DNA of 64,000 nucleotides, taken from positions 1,952,001-2,016,000 of the forward strand of contig CBDDPY010000002.1 of NCBI GenBank assembly GCA_965232515.1, read 5' to 3'. Shown piece after piece: positions 38,768 through 47,573 of this stretch. The notes under the pieces were generated by a model that was not told where the DNA came from, made no database searches, and saw nothing but the letters and a program-made list of their open reading frames with translations. Every line of letters begins with the position of its first letter. Position 1 is the first letter of the stretch. Made by a program: the position numbers and the translations under genes. The DNA comes from Alphaproteobacteria bacterium. Lineage in GTDB: Bacteria > Pseudomonadota > Alphaproteobacteria > GCA-2731375.

Positions 38768-40499
38768 CACCGGCATAACCCGCGTCCGCTTCGCGACGGC
38801 GGACGCCGGGCCTGGAATCTGGCGCGGCGAGGTCCTGCTCCTCGCCGCGCTTGTCGTTTTCGTCGCCGCCCTCAGCCTGTTGCCGATGGCGCGGCTGCTG
38901 CTCGAGGGCCTGGCCCCGGGCGGCCGGTTCGACCCCGAATTGCTGCATGAGGTGATGTCGTCGCGGTCAACCTGGCGGGCGACCCGGCACAGTCTGGAGA
39001 CGGCCTTCGGCGGCACCGTGCTGGCGCTGCTGTTGGGATCGGCCTTCGCGCTGCTGGTGGCGCTGACCGACATTCGCGGCAAGGCGGCGCTGGTGTTCTG
39101 CTTCATGCTGCCGCTGATGATCCCGCCGCAAATTACCGCGCTGTCGTGGATTCAGGTCTTTGGCCCGTCAAGCGCCCTGCTGCAGGCGCTCGGCCTGGCG
39201 CCGCCGCTCGGCACGCCGCACCCGCTCTATTCGCGCGACGGCATCATTCTCCTGCTCGGCATTCAGCACGCGCCGCTGGTGTTTCTGGCGCTGCGGGCAG
39301 GCCTGCGCACGCTGCCGCGCGAGATGGTCGAGGCCGCGCGCGCCGCCGGCGCCAGCCCGGTGCGTGTCCTGCTGAGCGTCGTGCTGCCGCTGATGACACC
39401 GCCGCTGGTCGCCGGCGCGGCGCTCGCCTTCGTTTCCTGCATCGGCAATTTCGGCATCCCGGCGCTCCTCGGCATCCCGGCCAACTATGCCGTGCTGCCG
39501 ACGCTGATCTACCAGCGCCTCGCCGGCTTCGGCCCGTCGATCATCTCCGAGGTGGCGGTGCTGTCGATCCTGGTCGGCGTCATCGCCATCCTCGGCGTCC
39601 TGCTGCAGGGCTGGATGCTGCGGGCCCGCGACTATCGCACGATCGGCGCGCCGGCCCAGCCGCTCGCCGTCCAGCTCGGCCGAGGGCGCGCCCCGGCGGA
39701 GGCCGCGTGCTGGCTGATCATCGTGCTGATCCTGGTGCTGCCGTTGACGGCGCTGATGGCGACCTCGCTGGTGCCGGCCTATGGCGTACCGCTGACGCCG
39801 CAGTCGGCCACGCTGGAAGCCTATCTCGAGGTGATGTTCCGCCAGCAGGTGACGATCCGCGCCTTCAGCAACAGCTTCCTCCTCGCCGGCGGGGCCGCGC
39901 TCGTGCTGGTCGCCGCCGCGGTCCCGCTCGGCTATTTCATCGCCTGGCGCCGCAATCGACTGTTGCGCCTGCTCAACCTGCTGGCCGAGCTGCCGTACGC
40001 GCTGCCGGGCGTGGTGCTGGCCATCGCCTGCATCCTGATCTTCCTGCGGCCGCTCCCCATTCTGGGCATCGGCCTCTACGGCACCGGCTGGATCATTTTC
40101 GTCGCCTATCTCGCGCGCTTTCTGACGCTGGCCCTGCGGCCGGTGCTCAGCGGCTACGCCCAGCTCGACCCCAGCCTCGAGGAAGCGGCCGCCATCTGCG
40201 GCGCCGGCTTCCTGCGCCGCCTCTTCAGCGTGATCCTGCCGCTGATCGCGCCGATCGCCGCGGCCGGCGGCATCCTCGTCTTCATGACCGCCTTCAATGA
40301 GCTCACGGTCTCGGCTCTGCTCTGGTCGTCGGGCTGGGAGACATTGGGCGTCGTCGTCTTCAACCTCGACGACGGCGGCTTCTCGGTGCTGGCGAGCGCT
40401 GTCGCCGTGCTCGCCGTGCTCGCCATCCTCGCCATCATGCTGACGGCCCAGCTCCTCGCCCGCCGCCTGCCCCACGGCGTGCTGCCCTGGCAGAGCTGA
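38745..40499 (+). CDS. ABC transporter permease with two TM domains (AfuB/FbpB-like)
   Basis: Two EAA loops (EAARAAGAS and EEAAAICGA); start position uncertain. Confidence 0.88.
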   Translation: MPTSSGNSTGITRVRFATADAGPGIWRGEVLLLAALVVFVAALSLLPMARLLLEGLAPGGRFDPELLHEVMSSRSTWRATRHSLETAFGGTVLALLLGSAFALLVALTDIRGKAALVFCFMLPLMIPPQITALSWIQVFGPSSALLQALGLAPPLGTPHPLYSRDGIILLLGIQHAPLVFLALRAGLRTLPREMVEAARAAGASPVRVLLSVVLPLMTPPLVAGAALAFVSCIGNFGIPALLGIPANYAVLPTLIYQRLAGFGPSIISEVAVLSILVGVIAILGVLLQGWMLRARDYRTIGAPAQPLAVQLGRGRAPAEAACWLIIVLILVLPLTALMATSLVPAYGVPLTPQSATLEAYLEVMFRQQVTIRAFSNSFLLAGGAALVLVAAAVPLGYFIAWRRNRLLRLLNLLAELPYALPGVVLAIACILIFLRPLPILGIGLYGTGWIIFVAYLARFLTLALRPVLSGYAQLDPSLEEAAAICGAGFLRRLFSVILPLIAPIAAAGGILVFMTAFNELTVSALLWSSGWETLGVVVFNLDDGGFSVLASAVAVLAVLAILAIMLTAQLLARRLPHGVLPWQS

Positions 40500-40508
40500 C
40501 GTGGCCCC

Positions 40509-41558
40509 CTATTCGAGCCCGACGTTCTGGCAGCAGCCGCAGGCCATACAGAACTTGGGCTGCTTGGCGCTTGCACCGCGCGCCCGAAGCTTGCGCGACA
40601 GTGGGATAAGCCCCTTGTCGATCAGATACCCGTCCTCGCCGGCGGCGGCGTCGCTGACGAACTCGGCGGCATAATCGAGGATGCCCGGAATAGAGCCGAC
40701 ATGGGCCTCTTTCAGATAGAAAAACATGGACCGCGATATTGGATAGCTGCCATCGGCGATATTCTCGAAGGTCGGCTCCTCGCCGTCGATGCTGACGCCC
40801 TGCACCGTATCGGCATTCTGATCCAGGAAGCTGAAGCCGAAGATGCCGAAGGCATCCGGATTGGCCAGCAGCTTCTGCACGATCAGGTTGTCGTTCTCGC
40901 CGGCCTCGATGAAGGCGCCGTCCTCACGCAGACCATGGGCCAGCGCCTTGAATTTCATCGCATCGGTCTCGCGCAGGGCGGCCAGCATGGCGATCTGCCG
41001 GGCGCCGCCCTCCATGGCGATCTCCAGGAAGGCGTCGCGGGTGCCTGATGTCGGTGGCGGCCCCAGCACCTCGATCCTGATGTCCGGCAGCGACGGATCG
41101 ATGTCGGCCCAGTTGCGATAGGGATTGGCCGCCAGCTTGCCGTCGACCGGCACTTGCTTGGCCAGCGCCAGGAACAGCTGCTCCCGGCTCAGGGCGAGCC
41201 GCGGTCCGGCCTTGGCATTGCCCAACACGATCCCGTCGGCGCCGATCCTGACCTCGACGATATCCGTAACGCCGTTCTCGGCACACAAGTCGACTTCGGT
41301 GCGCTTGATCCGGCGCGACGCATTGGTGATATCCGGATAGCTCTCGCCGATGCCCGCACAGAACAGCTTCAGTCCGCCGCCGGAACCGGTGCTCTCGACC
41401 ACCGGGGTCTTGAACGGCGTGGTCTTGCCGAACTGTTCGGCGACCGCCGTCGAAAACGGGTAGACCGTCGACGAGCCGACGATGCGGATCTGCTGCCGCG
41501 CCTGCGCCTCGGCGGCGAAAGCGACCGATAGCAGCGCCGCGATACATAAATGCTTCAT
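40509..41558 (-). CDS. pstS: Phosphate ABC transporter substrate-binding protein (orphan)
   Basis: Motifs IVGSSTVYPF, ESTGSGGG, NASRRIK, GPPPTSGTRD, GENDNLIV and YPISR; atypical Cys-rich tail. Confidence 0.9.
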   Translation of the reverse strand: MKHLCIAALLSVAFAAEAQARQQIRIVGSSTVYPFSTAVAEQFGKTTPFKTPVVESTGSGGGLKLFCAGIGESYPDITNASRRIKRTEVDLCAENGVTDIVEVRIGADGIVLGNAKAGPRLALSREQLFLALAKQVPVDGKLAANPYRNWADIDPSLPDIRIEVLGPPPTSGTRDAFLEIAMEGGARQIAMLAALRETDAMKFKALAHGLREDGAFIEAGENDNLIVQKLLANPDAFGIFGFSFLDQNADTVQGVSIDGEEPTFENIADGSYPISRSMFFYLKEAHVGSIPGILDYAAEFVSDAAAGEDGYLIDKGLIPLSRKLRARGASAKQPKFCMACGCCQNVGLE

Positions 41559-41662
41559 CGTTACGTAACGCATGCGCAATCAATTAGCACATACACGCGG
41601 AGACGCGTCGCGGATTTGCTCAAGGGCGGAAATCGGTGCGTCGGCGGTAACGGCCCGCGCGT

Positions 41663-42712
41663 CTAGATCGGCATGACCCAGCCGTCGGCGATGTCGATGT
41701 GCAAGGCTTCGCCGGTCGGCGGCGCCGCGGGCAGGCGCAACAACAACAGGGCGTCCGGCGCGGCCGCCGGCGCCACGTCGATCGTGGAATAACCACCTTT
41801 GTAGGTGCGGCGGCGCACCGTCACCGGGATACCGGCATCGACCATGGCGATGTCTTCCGGCCGGATGCACGCCTTGGCCGGTCCGGGCCCAACGGCCGGA
41901 TCGCAGCGTAGACTCAGCTCACGGCCGAACAGGCTGACGGCGCAACGGCCGTCGCCGCTGCGCCCCAGCACTTGGACATCGACCACCGCGCCGCCGCCGA
42001 TGAAGCCGGCGACCATGGCGGCCGCCGGTTCGCTGTAGAGACGTTCGGGCGTCGCCGCCTGCACCAGCCGGCCGCCGTCCATCACCGCGATGCGGTCGGC
42101 CAGCGCCATCGCCTCGGCCTGATCGTGGGTGATGTAGACCATGGTGGCTCCGGTCTCGGCGTGCAGGCGGCGGAACTCTTCTTCCATCGCCGCGCGCAGG
42201 TGCACATCCAGATTGGCCAGCGGCTCGTCCAGCAGCACCACCGACGGCGTCATCACCAGGCAACGGGCCAACGCCACGCGCTGCCGCTGGCCGCCGCTCA
42301 GCTCGGCCGGGCGGCGCTCGGCCAGACCGTCCAGGCCCACGGTCTTCAGCGCCGCCGCCACCCGCCGGTCGTAGTCGCGCCCACGCACCTTCGCCACCTC
42401 CAGCGGATAGCCGACATTGCGCGCGACGCTCATATGCGGCCAGAGCGCGTAGGACTGAAAGACAATGCCGACCCGGCGCCGTTCCGGCGGCAGGTGCGTG
42501 CCGGCGCCCGACACCACGGTGCCGTCGAAGGCGATCTCGCCCGCATCCAGCTTCTCGAAACCGGCGATCAGGCGCAGAACGGTCGTCTTGCCGCAACCGC
42601 TCGGGCCCAGCAGCGCCAGGAACTCGCCGTTCTCGATCTCCAGGTCGACGCGATCGACGGCGGTCACCTCGCCGAAGCGCTTGACCAGGCCGCGCAGGCT
42701 CAGTGCCGACAT
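41663..42712 (-). CDS. ABC transporter ATP-binding protein (AfuC/PotA-like)
   Basis: Motifs GPSGCGKT, FQSYALWPH, LSGGQRQR, DEPLANLD and THDQAEA; start ATG 42712. Confidence 0.93.
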   Translation of the reverse strand: MSALSLRGLVKRFGEVTAVDRVDLEIENGEFLALLGPSGCGKTTVLRLIAGFEKLDAGEIAFDGTVVSGAGTHLPPERRRVGIVFQSYALWPHMSVARNVGYPLEVAKVRGRDYDRRVAAALKTVGLDGLAERRPAELSGGQRQRVALARCLVMTPSVVLLDEPLANLDVHLRAAMEEEFRRLHAETGATMVYITHDQAEAMALADRIAVMDGGRLVQAATPERLYSEPAAAMVAGFIGGGAVVDVQVLGRSGDGRCAVSLFGRELSLRCDPAVGPGPAKACIRPEDIAMVDAGIPVTVRRRTYKGGYSTIDVAPAAAPDALLLLRLPAAPPTGEALHIDIADGWVMPI

Positions 42713-42775
42713 GCGGGAATTCCCGGGTTGCCGCGGCGGTGGCGCGCGCCGATCAAAATCTTTCCGCTTTGCATC

Positions 42776-42814
42776 CCGTCCTCTTAGGCGGCAATGATGA
42801 CAGCGCCATGATGC
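42776..42814 (-). promoter_or_regulatory. Degenerate Pho box promoter of the ATPase-pstS unit
   Basis: Minus strand reads GCATCAT-GGCG-CTGTCAT-CATTGCCGCCTAAGAGGACGG, which is similar to 37676-37714. Confidence 0.55.
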
Positions 42815-42860
42815 CCGTTCCGATCCCGGCGCGCGCCGCCGACGCAACGACACCTATGCC

Positions 42861-43751
42861 GTGAACGAGGCGCGTCCGCAAGCCGGCGCGCCGGACCGGC
42901 TGCGCGGCATTGCGCTCATGCTGCTGGCCATGCTGCTGCTGGCCTGCATGGACGCGATCAGCAAGAAGCTGGCCGCCGACTATGCCGTGGCGCAGATCCT
43001 CTGGGTGCGGTTCCTGGTCTTCGCCGCCTTCGCGCTCTACATGGCCCGCAATATCGGTCTGAAGTCGGGGCTGCGCACGACCCGGCCGCTGCTGCAGGTC
43101 GTGCGCTCCCTGTTGCTGATCGCCGACATCGGCATCTTCGTGCTGGCCTTCCGCTACCTGCCGCTGGCCGAGACGCATGCCGTCGCCGCGGTCTCGCCCC
43201 TGCTGGTCACCGCGCTGGCGGTGCCGTTCCTGGGTGAGCGTGTCGGGATCCGGCGTTGGGCCGCCGTGCTCGTCGGCTTTGCCGGCGCGCTCGTCATCAT
43301 CCGGCCGGGCTTTGCCGCCTTCGGCGCGCCCTTTCTCCTGCCGCTCGTCGGCGCCACCATCTTCGCGGTGTACCAGATCATGCTGCGCAGCCTCGGCCGG
43401 ACCGACCGGACCGAGACAACCGTGCTCTATACCGGCCTGGTCGGCGCCGTGGCGTTGAGCGTGGTCGCGCCGCCGTTCTGGCGGCCGCCCGACGCCGAGG
43501 GCTGGGCCCTGCTGATCCTCGCCGGCCTGCTCGGCACCGCCGCCCACGTCATCCTGATCAGGGCCTTCGCCATCGCCCCCGCCGCCGCGCTGCAGCCCTT
43601 CAGCTACACGTTGCTGCTGTTTGCCACGGTGATCGGTTATCTCGTCTTCAACGACCTGCCCGATCCCTGGACCGTGCTGGGCGGCGCCCTGGTCGTCGGC
43701 GGCGGCCTCTACACCCTCTACCGCGAAAGCCTGCGGCGGGCGGATAACTGA
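42861..43751 (+). CDS. DMT/EamA family transporter
   Basis: About ten TM segments; motifs PFLGERVGIRRW, IIRPG and QPFSY. Confidence 0.9.
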   Translation: MNEARPQAGAPDRLRGIALMLLAMLLLACMDAISKKLAADYAVAQILWVRFLVFAAFALYMARNIGLKSGLRTTRPLLQVVRSLLLIADIGIFVLAFRYLPLAETHAVAAVSPLLVTALAVPFLGERVGIRRWAAVLVGFAGALVIIRPGFAAFGAPFLLPLVGATIFAVYQIMLRSLGRTDRTETTVLYTGLVGAVALSVVAPPFWRPPDAEGWALLILAGLLGTAAHVILIRAFAIAPAAALQPFSYTLLLFATVIGYLVFNDLPDPWTVLGGALVVGGGLYTLYRESLRRADN

Positions 43752-43755
43752 TCGG

Positions 43756-44451
43756 CTACTTGTCCGGGCCCGACGCCCGCGGCCGTACGCGGTAGGCGCA
43801 GCGGCGGGCGCCGGCCAGGATGTGGTCGGTGCGCTCGACCTCGACGCCCTCGCCCAGCACCTCTTGAAACACTTCCAGCTCGGCCCGGCACAGGCCACTG
43901 CAGGTCGCGGCGGCGGCGCAGATCGGGCAGTGGTTCTCGACCAGCAGGAAGCCGCCGTCGTCCTGCGGCTCGACGCCGGCCATGTAGCCCTCGTCCGTGC
44001 GCGCCGCGGCCAAGGCTTCCAGCCGCGTCCGCAGCGACCGCGCCTTCGCCATGCGCTTCCGATAGGCCGCCGCCTGCTCGCGCGAGCGCGCCGCCACCAG
44101 GCGGTCGACGCCGGCCTCGCCGAAGGTCTCGCGCATTGCGTCGATCAAGCTGATCGCCAGATCGGCATGGCCGTTGGGGAAGAACGCGTCGGCCGCCGGC
44201 GTTAGCTGCCAGAGCTTGGCCGGGCGGCCGACCGGACGCGCCACTTCCTCGTGGGCGACCAGTCCCTGCGCCGATAGCTCGTAGAGGTGCTGGCGCACGG
44301 CCATGGCGGTCACGCCGAGCTGGTCGGCAAGCGTGGCGGCGTCCTGCGGACCGTGTTGCTTCAGGAGATCGAGCACGGCGCGGCGCCGCCGCAGCTTGCC
44401 CGGCTGTTTATCGTTCTTGCCCGTCCTGGCGGGTTTGCTTCCGTCTGGCAT
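43756..44451 (-). CDS. SufR-like winged-helix regulator with Cys-containing sensor domain
   Basis: HTH LGVTAMAVRQHL and VGRPAKLW; C-terminal ENHCPIC...CSGLCRAE...RRCAY. Confidence 0.85.
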   Translation of the reverse strand: MPDGSKPARTGKNDKQPGKLRRRRAVLDLLKQHGPQDAATLADQLGVTAMAVRQHLYELSAQGLVAHEEVARPVGRPAKLWQLTPAADAFFPNGHADLAISLIDAMRETFGEAGVDRLVAARSREQAAAYRKRMAKARSLRTRLEALAAARTDEGYMAGVEPQDDGGFLLVENHCPICAAAATCSGLCRAELEVFQEVLGEGVEVERTDHILAGARRCAYRVRPRASGPDK

Positions 44452-44455
44452 GGTC

Positions 44456-44530
44456 ACTTTCTAAAGTTTTTTCTTGCAAAAGCCAAGACCTCCGGATATC
44501 TGTTATTTCTATAGGAAATACTTTCGAAAG
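44456..44530. promoter_or_regulatory. Palindromic operator array between the regulator and the Rieske gene
   Basis: ACTTT-CT-AAAGT (44456-67), TATTTC-TATAG-GAAATA (44504-20) and CTTTCGAAAG (44521-30) within an 89-bp AT-rich spacer. Confidence 0.6.
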
Positions 44531-44540
44531 GAACGGGGCG

Positions 44541-46157
44541 ATGGCGCTTTCGAAAAGCGACAATCAGTCGACGTTGGCGAGCGCCGACGGCCATACCCGC
44601 GTCGCCGGGCTGTCCGAGCTCACCGAACGCGGCCGCATGGTCGTCAAGTCGGGGGCCAAGCAGATCGCACTGTTCCACGGCGCCAACGGCGTCTTCGCCT
44701 GCAACAACCGCTGCCCGCACGAGGGCTATCCGCTGGTCGAGGGGACGGTGGCGAACGACTGCGTGCTGACCTGCAACTGGCACGCCTGGCGCTTCGATCT
44801 CGGCAGCGGCGACAACCTGACCGGCGGCGATCGCTTACGCACCTATCCCGTGCGCATCGACGGCGACGATATCTTCCTCGATCTCAGCGATCCGCCGGCG
44901 GAAGAACGCATCGCCACCGCCATGACCAACCTGCGCGACGCCTTCGACGATCACGAATACGACCGCCTGGCGCGCGAGGTCGTCAGGTTGCAGCGGGCCG
45001 ACGGCGATGCCATGGACGCCCTACGCGCGGCCGTGCGCTGGTCGCACGACCGGTTCGAGTTCGGCACCACGCATGCCTATGCCGCGGCGCCCGACTGGCT
45101 CGCGGTCCGTGACGCCCACGCGCAGGACGACGCCACCCGGCTGGCCCCGGTCGTCGAGGCCATCGGCCACATGGCCTGGGACAGCCTGCGCGAGCCGGTC
45201 TACGCCTATACCGACAAGATGGAGCCCTACGACGAGGCCGCCTTCCTCGCCGCCATCGAGGCCGAAGACGAGCCGGCCGCCATTGCCCGGCTGCGTGGCG
45301 CGCTCGCCGACGGTCTGGATTTCGCGGCGCTCGAACGGCCGTTGACCCAGGCCGCCCTCGCCCATTACCAGGGCTTCGGCCATGCCGCTATCTATGTGCT
45401 GAAGACCGGTCAACTGATCGAGCGTCTCGGCGAAGAGGCGGTCGAGCCGATGCTGCTGGCGCTGGTGCGCTACCTGACCAGCACGCGGCGCGAGGACCTG
45501 ATACCGGAATTCCGCAAGTATGCCGAGGCGCGCGACGCCTGGGACGGCAAGGGCGATGCCAGGCTCACGGCCGACGATTTCGCCGGCCTGTCGGTCAACC
45601 GCGCGCTTGCCCGCACGCTCGAGGGCTCGGGCGACGTCGAGATGCTCTATCACGCCCTGCTCGGCGCCGGCGCCTGGAACTTCCTGCATTTCGACACGGG
45701 CATGCAGGCGAGCCTCGACGCGCCGGTCTCGCAGAACATCGACTGGCTCGACTTCACCCACGCCATCACGTTCGCCAATGCCGTGCGCCACCAATGCACG
45801 AAGTTCCCGGAATTCTGGCCGCAGGGACTGTTGCAGATGGCCTGCTTCGCCGGCCGCAACGCCGGTTTCCTCGACCGCGATATCGATGTCGCCGACTGGG
45901 CCGTCATCGACGCCCGCGCGTTCCTTAAGTCGGGCATCGACCACCTGTTCGATCACGGCGAATTCGAATACATCGTCTCCTGCCACTACGTGAAGCTGCT
46001 GACCGCGGTGCAGGACGAGATCGACGCCGCCCCGGCGGCGCCCTGGACGCGCACGTTGCTGGCGGCGCTCAACCGCTTCATGCATTCCTCGATCAAGCGC
46101 AAGCACGTCACCCGCACGGCGCGCCAGGCGCTCGATTTCGTCGCCCTCGAAGGCTAG
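44541..46157 (+). CDS. Rieske [2Fe-2S] protein with large uncharacterised helical C-terminal region
   Basis: Rieske motifs CPHEG and CNWHAW; about 420 aa tail with no ring-hydroxylase Fe(II) motif recognised. Confidence 0.85.
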   Translation: MALSKSDNQSTLASADGHTRVAGLSELTERGRMVVKSGAKQIALFHGANGVFACNNRCPHEGYPLVEGTVANDCVLTCNWHAWRFDLGSGDNLTGGDRLRTYPVRIDGDDIFLDLSDPPAEERIATAMTNLRDAFDDHEYDRLAREVVRLQRADGDAMDALRAAVRWSHDRFEFGTTHAYAAAPDWLAVRDAHAQDDATRLAPVVEAIGHMAWDSLREPVYAYTDKMEPYDEAAFLAAIEAEDEPAAIARLRGALADGLDFAALERPLTQAALAHYQGFGHAAIYVLKTGQLIERLGEEAVEPMLLALVRYLTSTRREDLIPEFRKYAEARDAWDGKGDARLTADDFAGLSVNRALARTLEGSGDVEMLYHALLGAGAWNFLHFDTGMQASLDAPVSQNIDWLDFTHAITFANAVRHQCTKFPEFWPQGLLQMACFAGRNAGFLDRDIDVADWAVIDARAFLKSGIDHLFDHGEFEYIVSCHYVKLLTAVQDEIDAAPAAPWTRTLLAALNRFMHSSIKRKHVTRTARQALDFVALEG

Positions 46158-46243
46158 TGGGGGCTTTTTTCCAGGCTCGAATCTGTCACAATGCCGGCGG
46201 TTTACGGCAATCGGAGTGCAGGCGCATGTGCAACGTGGGGGCA

Positions 46244-46621
46244 ATGCGGCGCAATTTGTTCACGGCCCTCGCGGGCTTCGCCGCCATGGCGTTCGCCGGC
46301 GGCGCACAGGCCGCGGGCGGTGGCGGCGATCACGGCGACAAACCGGCCTGGAGCGACGCGCCGCCCGACATGGTGGCCCTGGAGGCGGTCCGGCCGGACG
46401 GCCTCTGCGGTCAGGCCGACTGGCGCTTTTCGGTGCGCGAGGCGCCGGCCGCGGCGATCGCCGCCGGCGAGACACGGCAGGGCGGCGACGGCGCGCTGCG
46501 CGGCGGCCCCTGGCGCATCACCTACTACATGCGGTCGAATGTGCCGGCCTATTTCCAGACCAATCCGCACAAGTTCGACGACTATCTGCGCTTCGACGGC
46601 TTCGGCAAGGAGTGCCGCTAG
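46244..46621 (+). CDS. Secreted hypothetical protein
   Basis: Signal peptide MRRNLFTALAGFAAMAFAGGAQA; two Cys; host-like codon usage. Confidence 0.65.
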   Translation: MRRNLFTALAGFAAMAFAGGAQAAGGGGDHGDKPAWSDAPPDMVALEAVRPDGLCGQADWRFSVREAPAAAIAAGETRQGGDGALRGGPWRITYYMRSNVPAYFQTNPHKFDDYLRFDGFGKECR

Positions 46622-46719
46622 CCCACGCCGCCACGACCGCCGAAAGGCGTGCAACCGGCGTTAAGTCATCTTTTACGGCCAGGGGTGTAAAGGCGCGCTC
46701 TCGTTTCCGAGGGCACGCC

Positions 46720-47187
46720 ATGCGCACACTTGTCCCGTTCTATGCCGACGATCTCGACGCGCTCAGGGATTGGATCGAGTTTCTCGACCGGCGTTTTCCC
46801 GACCGGCGCCACGCCCTCGCCTCGACCGCGATGGGTCAGTTGCTGCCACAGATACGGATCTGGTGGCCGGACGACGAAGGCCCGGGCGATACGTCCTGCG
46901 TCCTGGCCGTTACCCTTGCCAAGGTGCGGGACAGCGATCGCCGGCGCTGCTTCGGCCTGCTCCCGCTCTACGAATACGGCGCGATTTTCGAGACCGCCGA
47001 CGGCGTCTGCCTCTACTCGGCCGACCGCGATCTCAAGACGCTTTGGCGGGCGCTCTGGAGCATGCGCGAACCGATGCGGATCGACGGCCTGCCGCTACAG
47101 GCCGCGCTGCGGCTCGACGTCGATCCCGCCGCCGTCTGCTGGCCGGCAGTGCCGGCCGATATCGGTCCCGGACAGCTTAGCGCGTGA
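46720..47187 (+). CDS. Hypothetical protein (155 aa)
   Basis: ATG after GAGGG; MRTLVPFYADDLDALRDWIEF... has protein-like composition. Confidence 0.6.
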   Translation: MRTLVPFYADDLDALRDWIEFLDRRFPDRRHALASTAMGQLLPQIRIWWPDDEGPGDTSCVLAVTLAKVRDSDRRRCFGLLPLYEYGAIFETADGVCLYSADRDLKTLWRALWSMREPMRIDGLPLQAALRLDVDPAAVCWPAVPADIGPGQLSA

Positions 47188-47220
47188 GCGGCGCGCTTCG
47201 CGCTTTCGGCCGCCGCCCGG

Positions 47221-47313
47221 CTAGTGCCGGTAAGTGGCCCAGGCCAGAACCAGACCGAACAGCGTGGCGCCCGCGACGACCATCGTCAGATAGGCGACTT
47301 CGAAACCTGTCAT
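47221..47313 (-). CDS. Small membrane peptide (30 aa)
   Basis: Below the track cutoff: MTGFEVAYLTMVVAGATLFGLVLAWATYRH*, one TM helix, GGGAG SD 7 nt upstream. Confidence 0.62.
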   Translation of the reverse strand: MTGFEVAYLTMVVAGATLFGLVLAWATYRH

Positions 47314-47573
47314 TGGCTCACTCCCGCTCGTTCACATTTTCGTTATCGCTCTCGCATGAATAGACACTGATCCCATCGCCTGCATTGCGTACAATCAATG
47401 CAGGTCAACGTTGTTCTGCGTTCGATCCTCAGCTTGCGTAACGGTCGCGCTCTCCGCGGTTTCACGGCGCGCGCGGCTGAACTACAATCCGGGGGCATCA
47501 GGCTGGCGTGTGGTCCGAAGCGCTGGGTTGACCGCCACCGAACATAAGCCAGCGGCGGCGTTGAAGGGGTCAT

